A stretch of DNA of 64,000 nucleotides from an uncultured Planctomycetia bacterium (GCA_964572255.1 CAZNEE010000001.1:267587-331586); one strand, 5' to 3'; positions 48,731-57,620 are shown, counted from the stretch's first letter. The notes: a model not told the origin generated them from the sequence alone. A program made the numbers and translations.

Positions 48731-49489
48731 ATGGCAAGATCACAAGTCACCAGATCCCTTAACATCAAACTCACCATTGCTTACGACGGCACTCACTTTA
48801 AAGGCTGGCAGAGACAGGCCAACGGTAAGACTATCCAGGGAGAGATCGAAAAAGCTATAGAAAAAGTCTTTGGCAAGCATCATGTTCTTTATGGCGCAAG
48901 CCGTACCGATTCCGGTGTCCATGCCAAAGCTCAAGCCGCGAATTTTAAAATAAATTCTTCCATCCCTACAAGTAAGATCCCTACAGCTTTAAATGCCTGT
49001 CTTTCCGAAGACATAGCCATAATAAAAGCGGAGGAAGCCGGGGCGGATTTTCATTCCCGTTTTGACGCTAAAATAAAACATTACAGGTACTTTATCTTGA
49101 ACAGTCGCAATAGAGACCCTTTTAATGAAAAATATTCATGGAGAGTTCCTTACAAGTTAAACGTGCCTCTTGTGCGAAAAGAAGCAAAAGTTTTGATAGG
49201 CAAGCACGATTTCAAGTCATTCCAGGCGACCGATAAGATAGAAAGGTCTTCGGTGAGAAAAATATCCCGCCTTAGCATAAAAAAAGAGAAGAACCAGTTA
49301 ATCGTTGATATTGAAGCTGACGGTTTTCTGTACAACATGGTAAGGAACATCGTCGGTACTCTTGTAGATATAGGAAGGGGATATCTTCCTGAAGGAAGCA
49401 TGAAAAAGATCTTAAAGGCAAAAGACCGCACAAAAGCCGGCCCCACAGCTCCCGCCAAGGGACTGTTTCTCGTAGAAGCGAAATATTAA
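48731..49489 (+). CDS. truA: tRNA pseudouridine(38-40) synthase
   Basis: IAYDGTHFKGWQ and the catalytic-Asp region GASRTDSGVHA. Confidence 0.9.
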   Translation: MARSQVTRSLNIKLTIAYDGTHFKGWQRQANGKTIQGEIEKAIEKVFGKHHVLYGASRTDSGVHAKAQAANFKINSSIPTSKIPTALNACLSEDIAIIKAEEAGADFHSRFDAKIKHYRYFILNSRNRDPFNEKYSWRVPYKLNVPLVRKEAKVLIGKHDFKSFQATDKIERSSVRKISRLSIKKEKNQLIVDIEADGFLYNMVRNIVGTLVDIGRGYLPEGSMKKILKAKDRTKAGPTAPAKGLFLVEAKY

Positions 49490-49537
49490 AAAGTTAACAA
49501 ATTCTGTCTTATAATTTTTCTAAAAAAATTTGATAAA

Positions 49538-49645
49538 AAATAGTAAACCATTCGGAAGGATGGGGCACAAAGCCAGAGGGGGCTAAAGAGGGGAAAGGCC
49601 CAGCCGGCTGCCGTTTGGAGCACTACCGTAAAAAGTGTGAAAAAA
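49538..49645 (+). promoter_or_regulatory. c-di-GMP-I (GEMM) riboswitch aptamer, copy 1
   Basis: GUAAACCAUUCGGAAGGAUGGGGCACAAAGCCAGAGGGG...CCAGCCGG matches the GEMM core: a P2 hairpin with a GNRA-type loop (CCAUUC-GGAA-GGAUGG), the conserved (A)CGCAAAGCC-like junction, and a P3 with GCC...GGC. Compared from memory with V. cholerae Vc2. Confidence 0.65.
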
Positions 49646-49660
49646 CAGGTTTATTGTGCA

Positions 49661-49692
49661 GACCCAACCTTTTCAATGGTTGGGTTTTTTGT
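49661..49692 (+). terminator. Intrinsic terminator (riboswitch expression platform): ACCCAACC-TTTTCAA-TGGTTGGGT followed by TTTTTTGT
   Basis: An 8-9 bp stem followed by a T-run, read directly. Lies 35 nt upstream of the RBS AAGTGAGGTG. Confidence 0.6.
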
Positions 49693-49726
49693 CCTGAAAA
49701 TCTAAAAAGAAAGTGAGGTGATTTAA

Positions 49727-50290
49727 ATGAAGAAATTATTAATTGTAGCTGGTATTTTGATAATGATATTTTTAGCAGCAGAATCTTCTAAAGCAGACGA
49801 ATGGGATTCTGTTTCGATAACAGGGATAGATGAAAGGTCTGCACAACTTGAGGTTGAAGGGTCTGACGCGTCCGGGAATTACGACCCAGAAAGTGTTACC
49901 AGATCATCGCCTGAAGGTTTCGTAATAGAATATGACGCTTTTTTTTCGTGGCCCGATGGTAACCCGCCCCCGACCACAGTAGGTGTTGTCAGAATGGCCA
50001 TGGTTGGTTATCCTGAAGTAGCCGAAGTTCCTATTGCTGGAGTTGTGTTCGTTGAAACACCCCCTGGCAGCGATATTTACAAAGGTACATATACCACCAC
50101 ACATTATGATGGGACGGGGACATGGATAGTAGAAATTGAATTTCAGATTAACGATCATACTTTTCCAGCTGATAATGAATATTATGCTACTGTAAAAGGA
50201 ACATTTATACCTGAACCAACAACAATCATATCGCTCCTATTAGGCGGATTAGGTTTGGCGGTAAGAAAAAGATTTAAGTTTTGGGGATAA
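49727..50290 (+). CDS. PEP-CTERM sorting-domain protein (secreted, acidic), predicted exosortase substrate
   Basis: Signal peptide. C-terminal IPEPTTIISLLLGGLGLAVRKRFKF is a PEP motif plus TM plus a basic tail. Confidence 0.7.
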   Translation: MKKLLIVAGILIMIFLAAESSKADEWDSVSITGIDERSAQLEVEGSDASGNYDPESVTRSSPEGFVIEYDAFFSWPDGNPPPTTVGVVRMAMVGYPEVAEVPIAGVVFVETPPGSDIYKGTYTTTHYDGTGTWIVEIEFQINDHTFPADNEYYATVKGTFIPEPTTIISLLLGGLGLAVRKRFKFWG

Positions 50291-50462
50291 GATAACATAA
50301 AAGGTCATTTTAGATGAAAAAGTTCATAAAAAAGAACTTAAAATTCTTTAATGGGTTTTTTGTCTAAGTCATTTCAAAAAAACCACATAGAACACTTCTA
50401 AGAAAACACATCGAATACTTCAAAACTTAACAAATTTTGTTAAGTTATTATTAATAGAAAAT

Positions 50463-50491
50463 TTGCGATTATTATAATTATATGGTATACT
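50463..50491 (+). promoter_or_regulatory. Candidate sigma70 promoter TTGCGA-17-TATACT driving riboswitch copy 2
   Basis: Read from sequence. The TSS would lie about 40 nt before the aptamer. Confidence 0.4.
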
Positions 50492-50537
50492 TTAAGTGAA
50501 AGTAAAGTGAGAAGTTTTTTGACAATCTATTTATTAA

Positions 50538-50645
50538 AATAGTAAACCATTCGAAAGGATGGGACACAAAGCCAGAGGGGCCGAAACAGTTTGAGTGGAG
50601 GCCAGCCGGTTATCGTTTAAAAGCACTATCGTAAAAGTGCGGAAG
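50538..50645 (+). promoter_or_regulatory. c-di-GMP-I (GEMM) riboswitch aptamer, copy 2
   Basis: AGUAAACCAUUCGAAAGGAUGGGACACAAAGCCAGAGGGGCC...GGCCAGCCGG. The P2 loop is GAAA (GGAA in copy 1). The 5' half is near-identical to copy 1. Confidence 0.65.
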
Positions 50646-50662
50646 AACTTAACCTCTGTTAG

Positions 50663-50697
50663 AGACCCGACCTTTCGATGGTCGGGTTTTTTGTTTT
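50663..50697 (+). terminator. Intrinsic terminator (riboswitch expression platform): GACCCGACC-TTTCGA-TGGTCGGGT followed by TTTTTTGTTTT
   Basis: Stem plus T-run read directly. Lies 5 nt before the RBS AAAGGAGGTG. The stem base pairs covary with the copy 1 terminator (A·T in copy 1, G·C here). Confidence 0.6.
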
Positions 50698-50712
50698 AAA
50701 AGGAGGTGTGTG

Positions 50713-51552
50713 ATGAGGAAGATTGCTATTATTTTTGTGTTATTTCTTATTTTTGGTTTTATGATTTCTTTATCTTCAGACGCCAGGATTATTTTGGATG
50801 CAAATTACCCAAAATACGGCGGCGCAAACTATTACCTGGAAGATGTGGATGCCCCGGTAACAGAAGAGGATGTGGACGATTGGTATACTTCTGGATTTAT
50901 TCCCGACGGCACTCCGCCGGTACCTGTATGGGTGGATGAGTATCAATATGTGATCACCGATGAACCGTACGAGTATGAACAGTATTTCAGCGGATGGATG
51001 TGGGCTTTTGATCAACATATGGATTATCCTCCTTGGGAAGAGTATGTAAATAATTATAATCACATGTATCCGGATTACACTCCGGATAATTCACTCTACA
51101 ACGGTGTTGATGGAGATCTGATCTTCGATTTCGTTGTATTCATGGATGATGGATATTACGGCGGATTACTTGAAGTCCAGCTGTGGGCTTATAATTTGAT
51201 GGAGCCCTGGACAGAGCCTGAGATGGTAGCGTTCGAATGGTTTGGGGCTATACCGGAAGAGCTTATGGGCGAACCATACGCCCATCATTATCCAATAGAA
51301 GCTGAGGGCGAATGGGTATGGTATTGGTATCAAGTGCATATGGATATACCATACAATCTGGCCGGATATGAGTGTTGGCTGCAGATAGCGCAGATAGGAG
51401 GAATAGGCGCACCTTATGGAGCTACGGTATACGGCGTATTCGGCGATGAACCTGCTTGGTTGAACGGAGGTGAACCGGTACCCGAACCGGCAACGATAAT
51501 TTCTCTGCTTTTTGCGGGTCTTGGGTTGGCAATAAAAAGGAAATGGTTTTAA
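50713..51552 (+). CDS. PEP-CTERM sorting-domain protein, extremely acidic and Trp/Tyr-rich
   Basis: Start taken as the ATG 5 nt after AGGAGGTG (the ORF-track GTG at 50710 is also possible). Signal peptide. C-terminal VPEPATIISLLFAGLGLAIKRKWF. No known domain. Confidence 0.7.
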   Translation: MRKIAIIFVLFLIFGFMISLSSDARIILDANYPKYGGANYYLEDVDAPVTEEDVDDWYTSGFIPDGTPPVPVWVDEYQYVITDEPYEYEQYFSGWMWAFDQHMDYPPWEEYVNNYNHMYPDYTPDNSLYNGVDGDLIFDFVVFMDDGYYGGLLEVQLWAYNLMEPWTEPEMVAFEWFGAIPEELMGEPYAHHYPIEAEGEWVWYWYQVHMDIPYNLAGYECWLQIAQIGGIGAPYGATVYGVFGDEPAWLNGGEPVPEPATIISLLFAGLGLAIKRKWF

Positions 51553-51586
51553 ATATATAGGAGGCGATTCGGGAAGGAGGTCCGGT

Positions 51587-52222
51587 ATGAAGAATTTAAT
51601 TTTGGGACTTATAGTTATTTTTATTTTAGCTGCAGTTTCCCATCTTTGCGCGGAAGCTGCTGTAGTAGGCATTGACGCTTTTAATGCCGGCGGAAACCTG
51701 TTTTTTGGAAATCTGACAGATCCTGAAGAAGGCTGGTATATTGAAACGGTAGGAGGTACTCCAGTCGCCGGTGTTGTTGATCTTGAAGGCATGCCTATAA
51801 TGAGATTTTACAACTCAGGCATAGTTGTTTATCACGATGGCGGAGGGTACCTGGGCCCAGGGGATGAAGTTCTGTTTAACGGGTATGTCAATAACGAGAA
51901 TGCAGGTCTGGCTTTTGCATTAGTTGAACCATACACTGGCGGAGTTGTCGCTACGTACCCGGCAGATTATAACTTTTTAGGGCCGGGTGAACATATCATT
52001 ACCGGACAAAAGATGCAAGTTCCGCTGGACTGGGTAGATCCATATGGGAGCCCTGAATCGTATTTCTACGTAGGTCTTTTAGGCGACGTCGGCACCTATG
52101 CGCAAGGTAGATATGGGTCTTTGGGAGGCGATGTAATCCCCGAACCGGCAGCGGTGCTTACCATGATATTTGTGGGATTTGGATTGTGCAAAAAGAAGCT
52201 CTTGAGCATATTGAACTTATAA
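51587..52222 (+). CDS. PEP-CTERM sorting-domain protein (Gly-rich)
   Basis: Signal peptide. C-terminal VIPEPAAVLTMIFVGFGLCKKKL. RBS GGGAAGGAGG. Only 34 nt after the previous gene, so probably co-transcribed. Confidence 0.7.
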   Translation: MKNLILGLIVIFILAAVSHLCAEAAVVGIDAFNAGGNLFFGNLTDPEEGWYIETVGGTPVAGVVDLEGMPIMRFYNSGIVVYHDGGGYLGPGDEVLFNGYVNNENAGLAFALVEPYTGGVVATYPADYNFLGPGEHIITGQKMQVPLDWVDPYGSPESYFYVGLLGDVGTYAQGRYGSLGGDVIPEPAAVLTMIFVGFGLCKKKLLSILNL

Positions 52223-52246
52223 GATAAATAAGTTTTTCAAATATTC

Positions 52247-52275
52247 TTGACAAACCCTGCCAAATGTGTTATTTT
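52247..52275 (+). promoter_or_regulatory. Candidate promoter TTGACA-17-TATTTT with an extended -10 TG, upstream of rplM
   Basis: Read from sequence. Confidence 0.35.
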
Positions 52276-52346
52276 CTACACTCTATGAATCACTCCAGAT
52301 CAGATGGTTTGGAGTGGTTTATTTTAGTCTATAGGAGTCAGATCTT

Positions 52347-52778
52347 ATGTTCAAGACACAGATGAAAAAACAGAATGAAACTGTCCACGAGTGGTATGTA
52401 GTGGATGTTGACGGTAAAGTGCTCGGAAGGGCGGCGACTAAAATAGCTACGCTTTTAAAAGGCAAGCATAAAGCGGATTTTACGCCTAATGTGGATAACG
52501 GTTCGGGTGTTATCGTTCTAAACTGCGGCAGGATAAGGGTTACAGGCAATAAGGCCCAGCAGAAGGTTTATAAAAGTTATTCCGGATATCCAAGCGGGCA
52601 GAAAGAGGTCGTTTATAAAGAAATGGCCGCTAAAAATCCGATATATGTTTTAAGGCACGCTGTTAAGGGCATGCTTCCAAAGAGCAAGCTTGGCGCGAAG
52701 ATGCTTAAAAGGTTAAAAGTGTACAAGGGCGCGGAACATCCGCATACAGCTCAGATACCGAAACAAATAGAAGTATAA
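52347..52778 (+). CDS. rplM: 50S ribosomal protein L13
   Basis: [32 protein letters not shown] is highly conserved in L13. Confidence 0.95.
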   Translation: MFKTQMKKQNETVHEWYVVDVDGKVLGRAATKIATLLKGKHKADFTPNVDNGSGVIVLNCGRIRVTGNKAQQKVYKSYSGYPSGQKEVVYKEMAAKNPIYVLRHAVKGMLPKSKLGAKMLKRLKVYKGAEHPHTAQIPKQIEV

Positions 52779-52791
52779 GAGGAAAAATATA

Positions 52792-53187
52792 ATGGCAGAG
52801 AAAAAATATATACAGGCTACAGGAAGGCGCAAAGAGTCGACCGCCAGGGTTCGTATCAGCTCCGGAGAGGGCAGGATACGTATTAATAATCAGAATTTTG
52901 AAGAGTATTTTCCGAGGGAAACCCACAGGCTCGTGATCATGCAGCCTTTTGAAGTTACAGGCACTGTGGGAAAATATAATATTTTCGGCAATATTACCGG
53001 CGGGGGTTTGAGCGGCCAGGCAGGCGCTTTCAGGCATGGTATAGCCAGGGCGCTTGTTAAAGAGAATGAGACTTTAAGACCTGCATTAAAGAAAGCCGGC
53101 TTTCTTACACGTGATCCCAGAGGAAAGGAAAGAAAAAAGTACGGCAGAAAACGCGCAAGGAGGAGCTTCCAGTTCTCTAAACGTTAA
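52792..53187 (+). CDS. rpsI: 30S ribosomal protein S9
   Basis: [12 protein letters not shown] and the C-terminal [16 protein letters not shown]. Confidence 0.95.
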   Translation: MAEKKYIQATGRRKESTARVRISSGEGRIRINNQNFEEYFPRETHRLVIMQPFEVTGTVGKYNIFGNITGGGLSGQAGAFRHGIARALVKENETLRPALKKAGFLTRDPRGKERKKYGRKRARRSFQFSKR

Positions 53188-53213
53188 ACTAAAATTTTAC
53201 ATATTGAAATTAG

Positions 53214-53250
53214 AAGCCCTGAATCGCGCGATTCAGGGCTTTTTTTATTT
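53214..53250 (+). terminator. Intrinsic terminator after rplM-rpsI (AAGCCCTGAATCG-CG-CGATTCAGGGCTT followed by TTTTTTATTT)
   Basis: Perfect 12-13 bp stem plus T-run, read directly. Confidence 0.75.
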
Positions 53251-53353
53251 AAGCAAATATTGGATCGAGCGCATTTTATGCTTTGAAATTTAATATATTA
53301 ATAATATAATATGCGGTATATTATTTATATAATTCAAAACAAGAGGTGAAATC

Positions 53354-54367
53354 ATGATGAAGGTGAGTGTTGTAGGAGCTACCGGATATACGGGCGAAGA
53401 ACTTGTGGATGTCGTAGCTTCACATCCGGAGGTGGAACTTACTTCTTTATCCGCGCTTGTGGAAAAGGAAGCGGATTTTTCGGAACTTTATCCGCGTTTT
53501 AAGAATAAGGTATCTCTTGTGTGCAAGAATCTGGACATAAAAGAGGTAAATTCAAAAAGTGACCTGGTGTTTCTTGCGCTTCCTCATACTGTATCGATGA
53601 AGATAGCGCCCGAGTTCCTTAAAGCGGGGAAAAAAGTTATCGATCTGAGCGCGGATTATCGCTTGCCGGCCGATGAGTACGAGCAGTGGTACGGGACAGC
53701 TCATACGGATATGGAAAATATAGCCAGGGCTGTATATGGCCTTCCGGAACTTAATAGGGGCAAAATAAAGAAAGCTGATTTTATTGCGAATCCGGGATGT
53801 TATCCGACAAGCGTGATATTGGGCCTTTTGCCGATAATAAAACAGGTAGCGGGCGCGGAACTTGATGTAATTGTTGATTCAAAAAGCGGAGCGACAGGAG
53901 CCGGCAGGAAAGCATCCATTCCTTTATCTTTCGGGGAAGTGGATGAGAACCTTAAATGTTACAAGGCGAATGCCCATCAGCATATACCTGAGATGGAGCA
54001 TGTATTGACCCAGGCGGCGGATGAGCAGGTTAAGATAAATTTTACGCCGCACCTTCTTCCGATCAGGAGGGGCATTCTTTCGACAATTTATATGTCAGCT
54101 AAAGATCTGCCGGGCGTTGAAGAGGTCCAGGACATGTTCGTTGAGCATTACAAGGATGAACCTTTTGTAAGGGTACGCAAACTCGGGGAATTCCCGCAGA
54201 TACAGGACGTTGTTAATACTTCCTTTTGCGATATAGGAATTACTTCGTCGCGGGGATTACTCGTTATTGTTACGGTCATAGATAATCTTCTTAAAGGAGC
54301 AAGCGGCCAGGCCGTGCAGAACATGAACATCATGTGCGGTTTTGATGAAAAAACGGGGCTGGTATGA
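53354..54367 (+). CDS. argC: N-acetyl-gamma-glutamyl-phosphate reductase
   Basis: VSVVGATGYTGEEL NAD motif and catalytic Cys region PGCYPTS. Confidence 0.9.
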   Translation: MMKVSVVGATGYTGEELVDVVASHPEVELTSLSALVEKEADFSELYPRFKNKVSLVCKNLDIKEVNSKSDLVFLALPHTVSMKIAPEFLKAGKKVIDLSADYRLPADEYEQWYGTAHTDMENIARAVYGLPELNRGKIKKADFIANPGCYPTSVILGLLPIIKQVAGAELDVIVDSKSGATGAGRKASIPLSFGEVDENLKCYKANAHQHIPEMEHVLTQAADEQVKINFTPHLLPIRRGILSTIYMSAKDLPGVEEVQDMFVEHYKDEPFVRVRKLGEFPQIQDVVNTSFCDIGITSSRGLLVIVTVIDNLLKGASGQAVQNMNIMCGFDEKTGLV

Positions 54368-55548
54368 CAAAGCATAAACTCCCAAAAGGTTTTTTAACAA
54401 GCGGCATACATTGCGGCGCGAAAAAGAAAAGAAAGGATCTTTCTCTTTTCTTTTCGAAAAAGCCGTGCAGGATCGCCGCGCTTTTCACTAAGAATAAAGT
54501 GAAAGCCGCACCGGTTTTGTTGGCGCAGGAGCAGCTTGCGAAAACAAAGACCGTACATGCGGTTTTAGTTAATAGCGGTAACGCTAATTGCATGACCGGC
54601 AGGCGCGGCATGCAAGATGCCAAAAGAATGGTTCAGGCGGCGGCGCGGAAGCTAAAGGTGTCGGAGAAGGAAGTCCTTGTTTCGTCGACCGGCGTTATAG
54701 GGCAGTTCATGCCGATGAATCCTATCCTTAAAGGTATTCCAAGGCTGGTTTCGCATCTTTCGGAACACGGGCTTATAGACGCGGCGGACGGCATTTTAAC
54801 GACTGACAAGTTCCATAAAATAGCGTGCAAGACTTTTACTCTTGGAGGAAAAGACATAACATTGACCGGCGTGGCCAAAGGCGCGGGTATGATCGATCCT
54901 AACATGGCTACAATGCTTTGCTATATACTTACGGATGTGAATATCTCCCCCGGAGCGCTTAAAAAAGCATTGAAGGCAGGCAACGAAATTTCGTTTAACG
55001 CGATAACCGTAGACGGTGATATGAGCACGAATGATACTGTCATGATAATGTCTAACGGCGAGTCCGGCAACAAAATGGTTAAAGGCCGCGGCAAGGATTA
55101 TGAGGTTTTCCTGGAGAATCTTAACGAGGTCATGAATAAACTCGCCGGGATGATCGTTCATGATGGTGAAGGCGCGACCAAGTTTGTCCAGATCAAGGTA
55201 AAAGGCGCAAAGACGAAAAAGGATGCTAAGCTTGCAGCTGAAGCTATAGCGAATTCTCTTCTTACAAAATGCGCGGTGCATGGAGGGGATCCCAATTGGG
55301 GAAGAGTGGCTTCTTCGGTCGGTTCCAGCGGGGCGGCGGTTGATCCGGATAAGATAGAGATAAAACTTGATGGTTTAGTATTCTTTGCGAACGGTACGGC
55401 AAAGATGCCTTCCGGGAAAGAAACAGTGTTTAAAAGTAAGAACGTGGGAATAGAAGTTAACCTGCATCTCGGCAGGGCTGAAGCGACAGTTTATACATGT
55501 GATATTTCGAAGAAATATATTACGTTGAACGCGCATTATACAACGTAG
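54364..55548 (+). CDS. argJ: Bifunctional ornithine acetyltransferase / N-acetylglutamate synthase
   Basis: Autoproteolytic ATML site (NMATMLCYILTD) and ArgJ fold length. Confidence 0.9.
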   Translation: MTKHKLPKGFLTSGIHCGAKKKRKDLSLFFSKKPCRIAALFTKNKVKAAPVLLAQEQLAKTKTVHAVLVNSGNANCMTGRRGMQDAKRMVQAAARKLKVSEKEVLVSSTGVIGQFMPMNPILKGIPRLVSHLSEHGLIDAADGILTTDKFHKIACKTFTLGGKDITLTGVAKGAGMIDPNMATMLCYILTDVNISPGALKKALKAGNEISFNAITVDGDMSTNDTVMIMSNGESGNKMVKGRGKDYEVFLENLNEVMNKLAGMIVHDGEGATKFVQIKVKGAKTKKDAKLAAEAIANSLLTKCAVHGGDPNWGRVASSVGSSGAAVDPDKIEIKLDGLVFFANGTAKMPSGKETVFKSKNVGIEVNLHLGRAEATVYTCDISKKYITLNAHYTT

Positions 55549-55562
55549 CAAAGGGAGATTGA

Positions 55563-56420
55563 ATGGAAGAGGCGATCAAGAAAAGTAAAGTTCTTATAGA
55601 GGCGCTGCCGTATATAAAGAAATTTTTCGGCAAGGTTATTGTAATAAAGTACGGCGGCAGTTCTCTCCATAACCTTGAGGTCCGCAAAAGCGTTCTTCAG
55701 GATATCGTGTTCATGCGCTATGCGGGCATGAAGCCCGTGATCGTTCACGGCGGCGGCCCCAATATTTCCGAGAAGCTTAAAGAAGCCGATATAGAGACAA
55801 AATTTATTAACGGGCTCAGGGTGACATGCGAGAAGTCCATGCAGGTCGTGGATTCGGTCCTTATGGAAGTGAACAAAGAACTTGTCGATGAGATCAATCA
55901 TCTCGGAGGCGAAGCGTTCGGCTTGAGCGGCAAAGAGAACAACATGATCCAGGCTGAGAAAGTTCCATCTTCGGATGACTTGGGATATGTCGGGACGGTT
56001 TCGGCGATCGACACGACGATATTACACCGTCTTTTGGATACGAATATCATTCCCGTTATTTGTCCGGTCGGGAAAGGCAAGGATAATAAGCTGTATAACA
56101 TTAACGCCGATGAAGCGGCAAGCAATATCGCGGTAGCGCTGGATGCAGAAAAATTCGTCATCCTGACTAACGTGAGGGGTGTTTTGGAGAAAAAGGATGA
56201 TCCGCAAAGCTTGTTCCATTCTTTGACTTTTGAAACAGCTCAGCACCTGATCGATACGGAAATTATTGCCGGGGGGATGCTTCCCAAGACAAAGGCTTGT
56301 CTAAGGTCTCTTAAAGGGGGCGTACGTAAAGCTCACATTGTCGAAGCGGATCTTCCTCACGCGCTTCTTCTGGAAATATTCACCGATAAAGGTATCGGTA
56401 CTGAAATTATAAAAGGATAA
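55563..56420 (+). CDS. argB: Acetylglutamate kinase
   Basis: VIKYGGSS, VHGGGP, and amino-acid-kinase family length. Confidence 0.9.
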   Translation: MEEAIKKSKVLIEALPYIKKFFGKVIVIKYGGSSLHNLEVRKSVLQDIVFMRYAGMKPVIVHGGGPNISEKLKEADIETKFINGLRVTCEKSMQVVDSVLMEVNKELVDEINHLGGEAFGLSGKENNMIQAEKVPSSDDLGYVGTVSAIDTTILHRLLDTNIIPVICPVGKGKDNKLYNINADEAASNIAVALDAEKFVILTNVRGVLEKKDDPQSLFHSLTFETAQHLIDTEIIAGGMLPKTKACLRSLKGGVRKAHIVEADLPHALLLEIFTDKGIGTEIIKG

Positions 56421-56438
56421 AACAAGGAGCGGAAAAAA

Positions 56439-57620
56439 GTGAATATAGGCGAGATCAAAAAGCTTTATGATGAATATGTTCTCTCAACATACACCAGGCA
56501 GAATCTTTGTATAGTCCAGGGTGACGGTATATGGGTGGAGGATATTGAAGGCAAAAAGTACCTGGATTTTTTCCCGGGCTGGGCGGTAAGCGGTATAGGG
56601 CACAGGCATCCGGACGTTATTCGCAGGATGCACCAGCAGCTGGATAAGATCCTGCATGTTTCCAACAATTTTTATAATGAGCTTCAGCCTTTGCTTGCCA
56701 AGAAGATAATCGAAAGTTCTTTTCCGGGAAAGGTATTTTTCGCCAACAGCGGGGCGGAAGCGAATGAAGGCGCTATCAAGCTCGCGCGCAGGTACGGTTA
56801 TCCAAAAAGGTACGAGATAATAACCATGGAGAAATCTTTTCACGGCAGGACGCTTGCCACGTTGACGGCAACAGGCCAGGAGAAGGTCAAAAAAGGGTTC
56901 GATCCGCTGCCGAAAGGGTTTAAACATGTTCCGTTCAATGACATTAAAGCGTTAAAAAAAGCGGTAACCGGCAAAACAGTAGCGGTTATCATTGAACCGA
57001 TCCAGGGTGAAGGCGGTATCAATGTAGCAAGCGAAAAATACATAAAAGAACTAAGCAGTATGTGCAAGAAAAAAGATATTTTACTGATATTTGATGAAGT
57101 ACAGACCTGCATGGGCCGGACCGGCAAGATGTTCGCTTATCAGCATTATGATATAGAGCCCGATGCGATAACGCTTGCCAAATCTCTTGGAGGAGGTATG
57201 CCCATCGGCGCTCTTGTCGTGAACAATAAGCATAAGGATGTTCTGCCCGCGGGGTCACATGCGTCCACTTTTGGCGGAAGCCCTATAGTGTGCGCTGCAG
57301 CTCTCGGCGTTTTTGAAGCGATCGAGAAGGAGAATCTCTTGGAGAATGTCTCGAGGATGGGCGAATATCTTGTTTCCAAGATATTGATCTTGAAAGACAA
57401 GTACCCCGTTATTAAATCCGTAAAGGGGAGGGGCCTCATGATCGGAGTGAAACTTGGCACCAAAGACGCGACAGCGGTTATTGATGAATGCATAAAAGAA
57501 GGCCTTTTGATAAATTGTACGCAGAAGAATATTTTGCGGATCATGCCGCCGGTAAACGTCACTAAAGGCGATATTGATGAAGCGATCAAAAAATTAGCGA
57601 GCGCATTGGAGAAGATATGA
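56439..57620 (+). CDS. argD: Acetylornithine aminotransferase
   Basis: GTG start after the RBS AAGGAGCGG. Class III aminotransferase: PLP-Lys region DEVQTCMGRTGKMFA. Confidence 0.85.
   Translation: MNIGEIKKLYDEYVLSTYTRQNLCIVQGDGIWVEDIEGKKYLDFFPGWAVSGIGHRHPDVIRRMHQQLDKILHVSNNFYNELQPLLAKKIIESSFPGKVFFANSGAEANEGAIKLARRYGYPKRYEIITMEKSFHGRTLATLTATGQEKVKKGFDPLPKGFKHVPFNDIKALKKAVTGKTVAVIIEPIQGEGGINVASEKYIKELSSMCKKKDILLIFDEVQTCMGRTGKMFAYQHYDIEPDAITLAKSLGGGMPIGALVVNNKHKDVLPAGSHASTFGGSPIVCAAALGVFEAIEKENLLENVSRMGEYLVSKILILKDKYPVIKSVKGRGLMIGVKLGTKDATAVIDECIKEGLLINCTQKNILRIMPPVNVTKGDIDEAIKKLASALEKI

Noticed and set aside
49490-49537. Promoter for riboswitch copy 1
   Set aside because: A TATAAT at about 49510 is present, but the best -35-like hexamer (TTAACA) is only 10 nt upstream, which is non-canonical spacing. 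Not reported as a feature.
51166-51792. 208-aa minus-strand ORF
   Set aside because: Antisense to two PEP-CTERM genes that have clear signal peptides, RBSs and sorting signals. No homology signal and no RBS.
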